From: Cyanobacteriota bacterium | GTDB taxonomy: Bacteria > Cyanobacteriota > Cyanobacteriia > Thermostichales > Thermostichaceae | Length of the DNA stretch: 64,000 bases | Direction: 5' to 3' | Assembly (NCBI GenBank): GCA_033764955.1 | Contig: JANRIL010000030.1 | Span: 27,430-91,429 of the forward strand | Position numbers and translations under genes: made by a program | Shown: piece after piece, positions 30,403 to 41,011 of the stretch | Layout of the letters: the number at the start of each line of letters is the position of its first letter | Numbering within the stretch: the first letter of the stretch is position 1 | Notes under the pieces: generated by a model | What the model saw: the letters and a program-made list of their open reading frames with translations, nothing else | The model's database searches: none | What the model was told of the DNA's origin: nothing

Positions 30403-31527
30403 TCAGGATGAAGCAGTTGCTAGGCGGCGTCGCCAGCTAAATGCCTCCAGCAAGGGATCCACAGGCTTGCCCAAAACCAGCCCAGCCAGCCAATCAGCCG
30501 TGATGGGAGCCAACAAAATGCCATTGCGGTCATGGCCGGTGGCTAGCCAGAGGTTGCTGAGGGGGCTGGATCCGAGGATCGGCAGGCGGTCGGGGGTGGT
30601 GGGGCGAAATCCCCACCAGCTCTCTAGGACAGTCAATTCACGGAGAGGAGGAAATAGACGGATAGCAGCGGCCAAAAGATCCTGCACGGCTCCGGCGGTG
30701 TTGCCCGGCAAAAAGCCCACCTCCTCCACGGTTGCCCCTACCAAGAGTCGGCCATCCCGGCGGGGCACCAAATATATGTCTTCTCCAAACAAAATGTGTT
30801 GGAGGAGTTGGCGGGGATCCTGAAGGGCGATCATTTGCCCCTTGCGAGGAAAAACCGTCATCAAAACGGGCAGCGCCATCTGCCCCGACCATGCCCCCAG
30901 ACAGCAAATATAACTTTGTGCCCGTAGCATACCGAGGGCGGTCTCTATTCCCAAAAGCTGCTGGCTATTGTGGGGACATTCTTGAATAGAGACATTTTCC
31001 AGCAGGGATCCCCCCGCTTGCAGAAAAGCGCTTTTTAGAGCCGGCAGGAGCAGGCGGTTGTCCACCTGTCCCTCTTGAGGTAACCAGATGGCACTGGTGA
31101 TCTGGGATCCCAGGTGGGGTTGCAGGTGATCGAGTTGAGGGCGGGTCAAGCCGTTCTCAGCCGGATAAGAAAGGGGTTTAAGGATGCCACAATTCCAGTA
31201 GCCAGCCGGTAACTGCCCCCTCTCCTCAACCCGTTCGATCCAGTCAGGATAAAGCTGCAAACTGCGCTGACAAAGCTCCGCTAGCCTGGGATCCGAGATA
31301 TTTTCAGCCTGAGGAGCTAGCATCCCTGCCGCTGCCCAACTGGCTCCCGCTCCAACCTGCTGCTGTTCGATCACCAATACCCGCAACCGATCATCCTGAA
31401 TGCGTAATTCTAAGCCAATCGCCAAGCCGATCACCCCTCCCCCCATGATCAAAATATCCCAATCTCGACTGAGGAGGGGGGAAGGAGAATCGCAGGATTG
31501 AGAAGCAGCCGGATTCACATCAACCAA
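30403..31527 (-). CDS. thiO: Glycine oxidase
   Basis: GGGVIG, ASWAAAGML and ATGHDRNGILLAPITA motifs. Confidence 0.92.
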   Translation of the reverse strand: MVDVNPAASQSCDSPSPLLSRDWDILIMGGGVIGLAIGLELRIQDDRLRVLVIEQQQVGAGASWAAAGMLAPQAENISDPRLAELCQRSLQLYPDWIERVEERGQLPAGYWNCGILKPLSYPAENGLTRPQLDHLQPHLGSQITSAIWLPQEGQVDNRLLLPALKSAFLQAGGSLLENVSIQECPHNSQQLLGIETALGMLRAQSYICCLGAWSGQMALPVLMTVFPRKGQMIALQDPRQLLQHILFGEDIYLVPRRDGRLLVGATVEEVGFLPGNTAGAVQDLLAAAIRLFPPLRELTVLESWWGFRPTTPDRLPILGSSPLSNLWLATGHDRNGILLAPITADWLAGLVLGKPVDPLLEAFSWRRRLATASS

Positions 31528-31601
31528 AATGATTCAGATTAAACTGTTTAGGTCAGCATATTCAGGAAATTAGCAGAGAAATAGTTCAGGTTCATCCCCG
31601 A

Positions 31602-31883
31602 TCACTCGGGTTGATCCCCAGGGGATCCCTCCCGTCGCTGCCACTTTCCATAGTGATCCAGAACTTGTATCACCGGATCGAGATCTGCCCCTATCGGGTG
31701 ATGAATCTGGAGGGATCCCACCTGACTGTCAGCATAGTCAAAGGTTGTCGCTGAGTTCATCACTAGATCGGTATTAATCTCAGGAACACAGGTTAAGTGA
31801 GCCGCTATCTCTCGATAAACCGCTAGCGGTAAGCGGTGATAACAGACCCCAAAACTAATTCTGTCTGCGGAAGAGGGGGGCAT
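31602..31883 (-). CDS. Conserved cyanobacterial hypothetical protein
   Basis: LPLAVYREIAAHL ... FDY..SQVG motif; directly downstream of pedR. Confidence 0.75.
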   Translation of the reverse strand: MPPSSADRISFGVCYHRLPLAVYREIAAHLTCVPEINTDLVMNSATTFDYADSQVGSLQIHHPIGADLDPVIQVLDHYGKWQRREGSPGDQPE

Positions 31884-31921
31884 AAGAAAGTGGCGAGAAG
31901 GCTTTTGAAGGCTCAAAAGGT

Positions 31922-32188
31922 CTAGGCAGGTCGCTGCTGGGGTACTACTGCACAACAATTCACTTCATCCAGGCAGACTTTGCCCCACTGCAACGCCCAC
32001 CGTACCAGAGCCACCCGATTAGAGGTGCGAGTCTTGCCCAAAATATTACTGATATGGTTATCAACAGTACGCTTACTGATATCTAAATGCTCGGCAATAT
32101 CTTGATTGGTCATGCCCGAAGCAATTAACTCAATCACTTGTAGCTCTCTTTCCGAAAGTACTTCTGTGGAATGATACATGCTCTCCAT
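31922..32188 (-). CDS. pedR: Small LuxR-type redox-responsive regulator PedR
   Basis: LSERELQVIEL...SKRTVDNHISNIL..T...NRVALVRWALQWGKVCLDEVNCC. Confidence 0.9.
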   Translation of the reverse strand: MESMYHSTEVLSERELQVIELIASGMTNQDIAEHLDISKRTVDNHISNILGKTRTSNRVALVRWALQWGKVCLDEVNCCAVVPQQRPA

Positions 32189-32314
32189 TCCGAGTCCTTT
32201 GATATCGCAAATTTACCTATTAAGAAGATTGTAGGGGATCAGGGAGGGAATGAGTAGAGCTTTTGGGCAAAAATCCGACAGATTGAGCGATCCCCGGCCT
32301 CAAGCCCGCCAGAG

Positions 32315-32872
32315 TCAACCGTCTTCCTCTGCTAAATCTAGAAGCTGATCGTAAAGCTGCTCGAATAAAGAATCGGGATGATCGGCTGTCAATAAATAGG
32401 GGGGGGCATCCTCCGGTTGTGCCGCATAGAGCAACAAGGGATCCAAGGGAGTAAAGATGCCGTATTGCCTGTCGTTGTGAAAGAAAGTGGTGAGGAGTTG
32501 ATACTCTTCGATCTCATCGCCGTCTTTAGCGATTTCCAAAATATCTTCCTCTTGGGGATCCGGTAGCTCCCCTTGCACCGTCATTAAACCAAAGGCGCTC
32601 TGTTGCAGTTGCAGATTCAATTCGGCCAGCACCGCTTGCATGGTGGGTTGGGCATCCACCAACTCTGCCGGATCCGGTTCATCCAAAACACCCTCGAAGT
32701 CTTCGTCCTCCTCATCCTCCGGGGAGGGACTTTCTGTCCAGACCAAAATCTCCACATAGTGATCGACAGGAGTGATGAGGGCATAGGTCATGTCCTCTAA
32801 TTCCACCTGCTTAAGGATTTCACATTTCAAGGTTTGGTTATGCTCATCGCGGAGCACCAATGTATCTTTCAT
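32315..32872 (-). CDS. Acidic conserved protein, DUF3727-like
   Basis: AVLAELNL.L..SA..TVQGELP and YGIFTPLDPLL motifs. Confidence 0.78.
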   Translation of the reverse strand: MKDTLVLRDEHNQTLKCEILKQVELEDMTYALITPVDHYVEILVWTESPSPEDEEDEDFEGVLDEPDPAELVDAQPTMQAVLAELNLQLQQSAFGLMTVQGELPDPQEEDILEIAKDGDEIEEYQLLTTFFHNDRQYGIFTPLDPLLLYAAQPEDAPPYLLTADHPDSLFEQLYDQLLDLAEEDG

Positions 32873-32983
32873 GAAGACCGCTAGACCTGTTCCTTCAAAG
32901 TTTACCGTTTCGTGACGCTTCCCAATCAGCCAGTTTGTCTGAGGGATCCCAAAAAGATCGTCGCGGGACGAAACCCCAGCCCA

Positions 32984-33232
32984 TCAGGGATCCGTTTCCA
33001 CTTGGGCTGCCGCCTCAGCTTGGGCTGCCGCCTCTAGAGCCAAGAGAATCTCCTCCTCCCGCTGGGCATAGGTGGCTTCGTCGATATCCCCCAGATCCAA
33101 CTGAATTTGCAGAGCTGTCAGCTCTTTTTGCAGGTTTTCTTTGTTGTCCAGTTGAGCATCTACCCGTTCTTGAATTTGTTGGGCTAGCCAAACTAAGCTT
33201 TGGGCAGGCCAGGTCAGGAGTTGCCAAACCAT
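32984..33232 (-). CDS. gvpG: Gas vesicle protein GvpG
   Basis: LVWLAQQIQERVDAQLD.KENLQKEL.ALQ.QLDLGDIDE..Y..REEEILLAL. Confidence 0.85.
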   Translation of the reverse strand: MVWQLLTWPAQSLVWLAQQIQERVDAQLDNKENLQKELTALQIQLDLGDIDEATYAQREEEILLALEAAAQAEAAAQVETDP

Positions 33233-33287
33233 CAGCGACACCAGAAATCGGTCTATCCTGATCTTATGTGGACGGTGGACATATACT

Positions 33288-34292
33288 ATGGCGCAACCGC
33301 AAGCAGCTCTTGAGCGAGAGAACCTCCCGCTCTTCCCCCTAGAGGCTAAACCCAGTGGGGGGGTGCTTATCGATCACTCCGCTTGGGGGTGTTTGCAGAT
33401 CAGCGGCGAATCAGTAGCCCAAGAGTTTTTGCACAACCAAAGCACCCAAAACATCAAAGCCATTGGGATCGGTGAAGGCTGCTACACGGCTTTTGTTAAT
33501 GCCACTGCTCAAATCTTGGATCTGACCAGCCTCTACGCCACTGCCGGTGGCTATTGGCTAGTGACCTCGCCGCCGCGCACCGCCATCCTTTATCAACACC
33601 TCGCCCGCTTTGCCCTTTTTACGAAAGGGGTCAGCATCACTCAGCCCGCCATGAGTATGCTGCGCCTGATTGGGGAAGGGACGGATGCCCTGCTACAACG
33701 GTGGGGGATCCCTTTAATGGTTACGGATCCCGAACACAATCACGGCAACTATGTTTTGGCGGATCGACCTGTTTTGGTGGCGGTGGGGAATGGGCTGGGA
33801 CTACCAGGATACACGCTACTGATGGCGGCTGAACATCGGCAATCGGTATGGCAAGCTCTGCTGGCGGCTGGGGCAACGGTTGCGGGGGGGGAGTGGTGGG
33901 AGCATTGGCGGATCCGCCAGGGACGCCCCGCCGCCGACCAGGAACTCACCCTTGACTACAACCCTCTGGAGGCAGGACTGTGGCGAGCTATTGCCCTGGA
34001 TAAAGGCTGCTACATCGGTCAGGAGGTATTGGCAAAACAGGTCACCTACCATCGAATTCGCCAAAAGTTATGGGGGATCCATCTGAGCTGTGAGGTGCCG
34101 GTCGGATCCCAGGTGATGACTCAGCAGGGGGAAAAATTGGGGTTACTCACCAGCCTGACGGCGCTGCCAAAGGAATGGGTAGGGTTAGCCTATCTGCGTA
34201 GCAAAGGGGATCCCTATGCGGGGATGCCAGTTGAGGTGGAGGGAGCACCCGCGTATGTGATGGAAATGCCCTTTTTGAGCTATCCCGCCTGA
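33288..34292 (+). CDS. ygfZ: Folate-binding YgfZ/GcvT family protein
   Basis: FLHNQST, NPLEAGL and KGCYIGQE signature. Confidence 0.9.
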   Translation: MAQPQAALERENLPLFPLEAKPSGGVLIDHSAWGCLQISGESVAQEFLHNQSTQNIKAIGIGEGCYTAFVNATAQILDLTSLYATAGGYWLVTSPPRTAILYQHLARFALFTKGVSITQPAMSMLRLIGEGTDALLQRWGIPLMVTDPEHNHGNYVLADRPVLVAVGNGLGLPGYTLLMAAEHRQSVWQALLAAGATVAGGEWWEHWRIRQGRPAADQELTLDYNPLEAGLWRAIALDKGCYIGQEVLAKQVTYHRIRQKLWGIHLSCEVPVGSQVMTQQGEKLGLLTSLTALPKEWVGLAYLRSKGDPYAGMPVEVEGAPAYVMEMPFLSYPA

Positions 34293-34306
34293 TTAGCGGC
34301 TTTCCT

Positions 34307-35023
34307 TTAACCGGCACGGGTGGAGGTCAACCGCGCCAAATAGCTCCCCTCTTCATCCTGATAGACCACCTGGCAAAACCAGTCGGTTTGAGCGGCTACC
34401 TGACTTAACCGTTCAGGAGCGATAAACAGCCAAGGCAAAGGATCCCCCGCTTTCCCTTGGTACTCCACCTCAAACACCACCTCGTGGAAATCCGCGCTAT
34501 TTGGATCCGGTAGGCTCTCCTCGTCCCCATCAGGGGGATCCCGTAAATCAGTGGAGTCTAGGAGAATTTGCCCGTTGGGGAGCAGCCAGTCATGGGCAAG
34601 CTGAAGAAACTGCTGGAGTCCCGATAGCGTTTTTACCAAGCCAATCCCATTCATCAGCAACAGCAGGGTTTCAAAAGGCAAAGGCGGCTGAAAGTGGAAG
34701 ATATCCGCCAAAACCACCTGTTGTACCCCTCGCTCCTGTAGGATCTGAACCGCAACCGCCGAGTGATCCAGCGCCCAAACCGCATAGCCCTGCTGTTGCA
34801 ACACTAAGCTGTGGCAACCGGATCCCGCCCCAATATCCAAAACCCTACCGCGACAAAGACTGATAGCCGTCCATTCCTGGAGGGGAAATTCATCGGGATC
34901 CCGGAAGAAATAGGCGATAGGCAAAGCCTGTTCTCCGGCAAAAGGAGAGCGCAGGTAGACGGTGGCAGAGGGATCCCCTTGCCAGTAGTCGGAGAGGGCT
35001 TGATCAAGGGGATCGGCGGACAT
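34307..35023 (-). CDS. Class I SAM-dependent methyltransferase
   Basis: VLDIGAGSGCHSL and LLLMNGIG motifs. Confidence 0.88.
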   Translation of the reverse strand: MSADPLDQALSDYWQGDPSATVYLRSPFAGEQALPIAYFFRDPDEFPLQEWTAISLCRGRVLDIGAGSGCHSLVLQQQGYAVWALDHSAVAVQILQERGVQQVVLADIFHFQPPLPFETLLLLMNGIGLVKTLSGLQQFLQLAHDWLLPNGQILLDSTDLRDPPDGDEESLPDPNSADFHEVVFEVEYQGKAGDPLPWLFIAPERLSQVAAQTDWFCQVVYQDEEGSYLARLTSTRAG

Positions 35024-35156
35024 AATGGCGGATCATGGATAAGGCAGCACTTGATTATCCCGCAAAAATGGGACAGGCTAAAATGCTGCCAGGGTTGGCT
35101 TTCTTCAGTCCTAGGCGGTATCCTGATTCACATTCCACCTGTATCCTCAGCACAGC

Positions 35157-35795
35157 ATGTACACCATCTCTGAGTTTGATCGCTTACTTCAATTTCTGCC
35201 GATAGAAATTCGCCCTGAGGTACAGATTGAGATCGGCACCCCCGATCAATCCCGCATTGTTCAGTCCTTGTGGCGGTTCCCCTGGCAAAAATACTCCCGC
35301 TTTGCCATTGATCTGTCCCGTTGGCAACGCTTGGGTGTCGATCAACAAAAGCTCTATTTTTTGCGGGAAGCGGTCATGGCTACCGAACTGGCCTTAGGAG
35401 ATAACTGGTCGGCATTGCTGCTTTATCCGGCCTTAATTGGGGCTGGTTCGATGGGAATTTTGGTGGAGTTGCAAATGGGGGATAACCTGGGCATGGGGCT
35501 AGCTGCTGGATTGGCCGCTTCGGCGGTTTTCCTGCTGCGAAAAGCCGAAAAAGGCCAAAAGCCCCAGGTGTCTGCCGATGAATTTGCCATTCGCTATGCC
35601 TCTCAAAATGGCTATAGTTCGGAGCAGGCTGCCTCGATTCTCCTGAGTGCCCTGCAACAGGTGGCTATGTTAGAGAACCGCACCAAAGACGACTATGACA
35701 CCATTATGCGGCGGCGCAATTTGGAATATCTTTCCCAACGGGGGCTAGGAGCGGGAACCCTCATGATCAACCCCAAATACAAAAAGAAATCGTGA
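35157..35795 (+). CDS. Conserved membrane protein, DUF3318-like
   Basis: EFDRLL..LP start, two TMs, ADEFAIRYA...GYS..QAA..LL.AL. Confidence 0.72.
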   Translation: MYTISEFDRLLQFLPIEIRPEVQIEIGTPDQSRIVQSLWRFPWQKYSRFAIDLSRWQRLGVDQQKLYFLREAVMATELALGDNWSALLLYPALIGAGSMGILVELQMGDNLGMGLAAGLAASAVFLLRKAEKGQKPQVSADEFAIRYASQNGYSSEQAASILLSALQQVAMLENRTKDDYDTIMRRRNLEYLSQRGLGAGTLMINPKYKKKS

Positions 35796-36009
35796 AATTT
35801 ATCCCTGACAGTGAGTCACTGCTCACCCATCTCGCCGTTAACGATCATCCCGCCAAATCATCCCGCAAAAAACAGACCCATGTTTGACCGAGGTAGGGAT
35901 CCTTAGGTCAGTCTCGGTGAGGGATTGGGCAGATTATGATGAAATCAGGCCAAGCAAAACCTCAGCCTCTAGAATAACGTCCAATCATTGTTTAGGAGAG
36001 GCGTTGACG

Positions 36010-36384
36010 ATGACACTCAAACGGTTAGGTCACATTGCTGTCCGTGTTAACGACATCGAAAAAGCGATTGAATTTTATACCCGCTTAGGACTAACCAATG
36101 TCTGGCAGGATCCCGATTGGGCCTATATGAAAGCAGGATCGGACGGTCTGGCTCTCTTAGGCCCTGGCTATCGTTCCGCCGGTGCCCATTTTGGCTTTTT
36201 ATTTGAGGATCGAGCGGATCTCAAAGCCGAACATGAACGCCTTCAACAAGCAGGAATTGCCGTAGGTTCCATTCATGATCACCGGGACGGCACGGCCTCT
36301 TTTTATGGCAAGGATCCCGATGGCAACTTATTTGAGTTTCTTTATGAACCTCCACAAGGAGTTGTGCAGACAAAATTAATCTAG
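36010..36384 (+). CDS. VOC/glyoxalase family protein
   Basis: LGHIAVRV.D, HFGF and HRDGTASFYGKDPDGN motifs; AGGAG RBS. Confidence 0.9.
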   Translation: MTLKRLGHIAVRVNDIEKAIEFYTRLGLTNVWQDPDWAYMKAGSDGLALLGPGYRSAGAHFGFLFEDRADLKAEHERLQQAGIAVGSIHDHRDGTASFYGKDPDGNLFEFLYEPPQGVVQTKLI

Positions 36385-36712
36385 AAACAACGGCCTCTCG
36401 ATAGTCCGATGACTCCATCAATAGCTATGAAATAGCAGGATATTCCACAGGTTTAGCTGATTGGGGATAGATAAGATGGAATGAGGGCTGTAGCCTTCGC
36501 TTCAATAAATCATGCCCAATCATCCTGCTGAATTTGTCAGCATTACCTCTAGGCTATTACAGCCTATTCAGGAATTGTCGGTTACCGGATGGGATCCCTC
36601 TTTTCCCGCAGCGTGGCGATAGCCGTGGTTCCCTTTTTTAAGGAAGATTTATAGGGATCCCGATCCCTTGTGTGTCATCGATAATTCGTGAACAAACTGT
36701 AGCTGGTTTTGC

Positions 36713-39079
36713 TTAGGGTTGACCAAATAAAGCGGCTCGTACCAAACGAATTTCCTCATAACTATAGTCTTCTCCCAAAGCTTCTCGCAATGCGGTTAGG
36801 CTACCATAACTTTTTTGTTGAAAGATAACGCGAAAGATTTGTCGTTGTCGAGCAGGAGATACCAAATCATCTAAATTAACCTCTGCTTCAGATGCCAACA
36901 ACTCGGTTAGATGTTTATAAATAGTGTCCTTGCTCAAGTGTCGTTTATTGGCAATCGCGTCAACTGATAACCCTTGCTGATGCAGCGTCAAGGTTTCTAG
37001 CCATGTTGGATTAAGCTTAATCGAGTTAGTTGGATGGGTTGAATTTATTGAACTCGATAGTGTTGATTGATCCTGATTGTCTCTGCCGCCAGGGGGAACC
37101 GATAAATCCATGGATCGTTTAGTGGATGCAGTCAATCCGTTAGTTGCAGAAACTTGAGGGTGGGGGGGTAAAGCTAATCCATCTTTTGGAGTCGATAAAA
37201 TAGTTACCTTCGGGATCCCTGTTGATTGAGAGGAAATAGCCGGAGATGGTCGTTGCAAAAAATCATCAATGGCTTTCAGAAACATTCCCCCATAGTCTTC
37301 TAGCTTGCGATCTCCAACACCATGTAATTGAGCAAACTCATTTAGGTGGCTAGGTTGTCGTTGAGCCATTTCCAATAGAGTACGATCCGAAAAAATAATA
37401 TAGGGAGGAATAGATCGGGCATCCGCAACCTGGCGGCGTAAAGTTCGCAGGTGTTGATAGAGCTGCTGCTGTGCTGCAGACAGTTGAATGGAAATTGCCT
37501 GTTGTTTTTTGTTGGATTTCTCTAATTTATCACTGTGCAGAGGTTGGATAGGGGGTGCTTCCAGGGTGCGAATACCACGCAAAACCTCCCAGCTTTTTTC
37601 CGTTAATGTGAGGATGGAATATCCATCATTTGTTTCCTGTAAAAAACCTTGTTGCAGCAGAAATCGCCCCAGGTTTTTCCAGGCTACGGAACTGAGATCA
37701 CTGCCAATTCCATAGGTGGAAAGATGATCATGCTTAGCCTTGATCACCCGCTCATCTGAGGATCCCCGCAGGACGTTGATGATGTGATTCATGCCATAAC
37801 GTTCCTGACAACGATAAACACAGGAGAGGAATTTTTGGGCTTCGATGGTTCGATCTTCCAAAGCCACAGGGTAACAACAGTTATCACAATTTCTACAGTT
37901 ATCTTCCTGCAATTGGTCAGAAAAATAATTCAAGATAATCTGCCGCCGACACAACCTAGTGGTGGCATAGTCGATCACCTGACACAACTGTTGGCGAGCA
38001 ATCCGTTGCTCTTGAGGATCGGCTTTTTGCTGTATCCAAAACTCCACTTTGTTGCGATCAGCATGACTATAAAACAGCAAGCATTGTGCTTCCAACCCAT
38101 CCCGCCCCGCTCGCCCTGATTCTTGATAATAGCTTTCTAAATTTTTGGGCAAATCATAATGAATGACAAGTCGTACATCCGGCTTATTGATGCCCATACC
38201 AAAGGCTAGCGTGGCTACCATGACCTGCGCTTGATCCCGAATAAATTGGGTTTGGTTATGCTGGCGTTCTTCCGCCGTCAGTCCGGCATGATAGGGGAGG
38301 GCTTGGATCCCGTGGGCGGTTAATTTCTGGGTTAATTTCTCGACCCCCGCCCGACTCCCCGCATAGATAATGGCCGTCCCTGAAGATAAATTACGGATGC
38401 ATTGGATAATCTGGATGTCTGTTTCAGGGGTTTTATCCTGCACCCCGTAATACAAATTGGGTCGATTAAAACTGGATACCCAGCAAAAGGGATCCCGTAG
38501 CTCCAGTTGTTGCTCAATATCCCGTTGCACCCGCTCTGTGGCTGTAGCGGTGAGAGCCGTAACGGGTAGGGATCCCAAACGCTGCCGCACCTGACTCAAT
38601 TGGCGATAATCGGGGCGAAAATCGTGCCCCCATTCGGAGATGCAGTGGGCTTCGTCCACCACCAAACGGGGGATCCCTTGCCGTTGTTGAATGGCGGTTA
38701 GCAAAGACCAAAAATCCTCCTGTGCCAGTCGTTCAGGAGCCAAATAAAGCAGGCGGAACTCGCCCCGTCGCAAGCGTTGTTCACAGCTACGCTGCTCGTC
38801 TGGTGTGAGGGTACTATTCAAAAATGCGGCGGCAATTCCGTTGTTTTGCAGAGCCATCACCTGATCCTGCATGAGGGCAATCAGGGGAGAGATGACCAGC
38901 GTCACTCCAGGTGTGAGGAGAGCCGGAAGTTGATAACAAAGGGACTTTCCTGCCCCCGTCGGCATCAAGACAAAGACATCTCGCCCTTGCAAGGCTTGCT
39001 CCATCACCTGCTGCTGACCGGAGCGAAATTGGTCATAGCCAAAGTAATGTTTGAGCGCCGTTAAAAGCTGATCCGACAC
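36713..39079 (-). CDS. recQ: ATP-dependent DNA helicase RecQ
   Basis: MPTGAGKSLCYQ, DEAHCISEWGHDFRP and QESGRAGRDG motifs; RQC, HRDC and C-terminal HTH regions. Confidence 0.97.
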   Translation of the reverse strand: MSDQLLTALKHYFGYDQFRSGQQQVMEQALQGRDVFVLMPTGAGKSLCYQLPALLTPGVTLVISPLIALMQDQVMALQNNGIAAAFLNSTLTPDEQRSCEQRLRRGEFRLLYLAPERLAQEDFWSLLTAIQQRQGIPRLVVDEAHCISEWGHDFRPDYRQLSQVRQRLGSLPVTALTATATERVQRDIEQQLELRDPFCWVSSFNRPNLYYGVQDKTPETDIQIIQCIRNLSSGTAIIYAGSRAGVEKLTQKLTAHGIQALPYHAGLTAEERQHNQTQFIRDQAQVMVATLAFGMGINKPDVRLVIHYDLPKNLESYYQESGRAGRDGLEAQCLLFYSHADRNKVEFWIQQKADPQEQRIARQQLCQVIDYATTRLCRRQIILNYFSDQLQEDNCRNCDNCCYPVALEDRTIEAQKFLSCVYRCQERYGMNHIINVLRGSSDERVIKAKHDHLSTYGIGSDLSSVAWKNLGRFLLQQGFLQETNDGYSILTLTEKSWEVLRGIRTLEAPPIQPLHSDKLEKSNKKQQAISIQLSAAQQQLYQHLRTLRRQVADARSIPPYIIFSDRTLLEMAQRQPSHLNEFAQLHGVGDRKLEDYGGMFLKAIDDFLQRPSPAISSQSTGIPKVTILSTPKDGLALPPHPQVSATNGLTASTKRSMDLSVPPGGRDNQDQSTLSSSINSTHPTNSIKLNPTWLETLTLHQQGLSVDAIANKRHLSKDTIYKHLTELLASEAEVNLDDLVSPARQRQIFRVIFQQKSYGSLTALREALGEDYSYEEIRLVRAALFGQP

Positions 39080-39118
39080 CGCCTATGGATCCCTAGGAAG
39101 TTTTACCCCATTTTGCCA

Positions 39119-39556
39119 TCAAGGGCGGGGGCTGGGTTTGATATAGGGGGTGGGGGTGGCATTAGGCAAAATGTTTTTCCAATCGGTTTCCTGTAAGGCT
39201 CGGGCAAAGACAACCCCTGCTAACAGTAAGGGAAAGGCAATACCCAAAAACCCTAACAAACTAATTCCCTGTGCCACCCGTCGGCGAAAATCTTTCTTTT
39301 TGGCATCCGCCAATAACTGATTGGCTACAATCCAAGCGGAAGAACCCGCCACAATTAAGGCTCCGATGGGTCCCATAAATAGACTGGGAATTAACCAATT
39401 GCTGACATCTTCGTAGGGATAAGCCTTTGTCAGCGGGATCCCCCAAAAGCAGGCGGCTTCCAGGACGACCCAGGTCATCAACCCAACTTTCACATCCTCT
39501 TGGAAAACGGTTCCAGCATCTTTATTCATGGGGAATATCGCTCCAGTTAACAACAT
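39119..39556 (-). CDS. Hypothetical membrane protein (about 3 TMs)
   Basis: 145-aa hydrophobic ORF filling the gap upstream of recQ. Confidence 0.65.
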   Translation of the reverse strand: MLLTGAIFPMNKDAGTVFQEDVKVGLMTWVVLEAACFWGIPLTKAYPYEDVSNWLIPSLFMGPIGALIVAGSSAWIVANQLLADAKKKDFRRRVAQGISLLGFLGIAFPLLLAGVVFARALQETDWKNILPNATPTPYIKPSPRP

Positions 39557-39582
39557 GAGGATCCATCAAGAGGATCCATCAA
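39557..39582. repeat. 13-bp tandem direct repeat
   Basis: GAGGATCCATCAA x2. Confidence 0.8.
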
Positions 39583-39896
39583 GAACTACCCGCTACCATA
39601 TCCAGTTTGAGGTGGATTTGCTAGTCTGGATCCTGGCCACTCCATGTCCCCCTTCAGGGGCTTGACAATTCGATGGACAGGCATAAACCCATCCAGGGTA
39701 TCCTACAGCGCTCCCGCCACCCCTTAGCTTTGCTTTAGCTTGCTTCCTGATCTATCTGCCCGTGGTTAAGCACAGACAAATTCAGGGGAAACGCTAAGAT
39801 CAAACCTATCAGGCACAGATAAAGAAGATCTCTCCAACATCTTCACCACTGAGCCGTTTATCTGTGGCTGATGATCAGGCAGAAATAGGTTGGGCT

Positions 39897-40628
39897 ATGA
39901 CCGCACCCCGCATTTTGGTTGTAGATGATGAGCTAAGCATTCGCAATCTGTTGCAACGGTATTTGCAACGGCAGGATTATCTGGTGGAAGTGGCGGAAAC
40001 GGGATCCCAGGCGCTAGAGCGGTTGGCCAGTTTTCGGCCTAATTTGGTGGTTCTTGACCTTAACCTGCCGGATATCAGTGGCTACGAAGTCTGCCAAACC
40101 ATTCAAAAGCACCCCGGCATCTATGTGTTGATGCTAACGAGCCGTGTTAGTGCTGCCGATAAATTGCAGGGGTTTTCCTTGGGAGCCGATGACTACTTAA
40201 CTAAGCCCTTTAACCTACCGGAGGTGGCGGCACGGGTGGCGGCTTTACTGCGTCGGCAGCGGGCGGCAATTATTGATACTCCCACGGCTCCAGTTTTGGT
40301 CTACGACAGCCTCAGTATCGACCCGGAAGGGCGGGAAGTCAGCCGTAACCAGCAGATTATTCCCCTGACGGCTCTGGAGTTTGATCTGCTCTATGTGTTA
40401 GCTCGCTATCCAGGGCGGGTGTGGCGGCGCACTGAACTGATTCAAGAGGTTTGGGACTTTAACCACGATGGGGATGAGCGAGTCGTCGATGTCCACATTG
40501 GGCAAATTCGCAAGAAGCTAGAAACTGATGTCAGCCAACCGGAGTTGATTCGCACCGTGCGGGGAGTGGGCTACAAATTTGAGCCTCCCAATAGCAGTGA
40601 AGCTCCTTGGCCCACTGAGGGATCCTAA
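39897..40628 (+). CDS. OmpR family response regulator
   Basis: ILVVDD receiver, GADDYLTKPF, VVDVHIGQIRKK and TVRGVGYKF. Confidence 0.95.
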   Translation: MTAPRILVVDDELSIRNLLQRYLQRQDYLVEVAETGSQALERLASFRPNLVVLDLNLPDISGYEVCQTIQKHPGIYVLMLTSRVSAADKLQGFSLGADDYLTKPFNLPEVAARVAALLRRQRAAIIDTPTAPVLVYDSLSIDPEGREVSRNQQIIPLTALEFDLLYVLARYPGRVWRRTELIQEVWDFNHDGDERVVDVHIGQIRKKLETDVSQPELIRTVRGVGYKFEPPNSSEAPWPTEGS

Positions 40629-40636
40629 AGCACAGT

Positions 40637-41011
40637 TTATTGCCAACGACCCACCACCAAGCGAATCGTTCCATCCGCCAACTGTTCTTCCGCCTCAATT
40701 CGGTATCCCTGTTGCTGTGTAACTGCCTTCAGGTTTTTGTGGGCATAGCTCTGCAAGATGGGCTGCAAGAAGGCTTGCGTATCAATCTTGGCTCCCCAAA
40801 AATCGGAGACCAGCTCAAAGTGATCGCCGGCACGGCGAAACCCCAGATCAAAACCATTTTTTTGCCGAATCACATAATCGGCGCGGGTGCGATTCCATAG
40901 ATAACCACGCAGAGTAGTGTTGGTTTCGACGGCATAACCCAATTCCTGCAAAACCTGCTTCAGTAGCTCACCATCCTTGATTTGCACCTGAATCGTGGTG
41001 AAGTGTGACAT
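40637..41011 (-). CDS. Ycf35/DUF1257 family protein
   Basis: MSHFTTIQ.QIKD, RGY, DLGF and DGTIRLVV.RW motifs. Confidence 0.88.
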   Translation of the reverse strand: MSHFTTIQVQIKDGELLKQVLQELGYAVETNTTLRGYLWNRTRADYVIRQKNGFDLGFRRAGDHFELVSDFWGAKIDTQAFLQPILQSYAHKNLKAVTQQQGYRIEAEEQLADGTIRLVVGRWQ

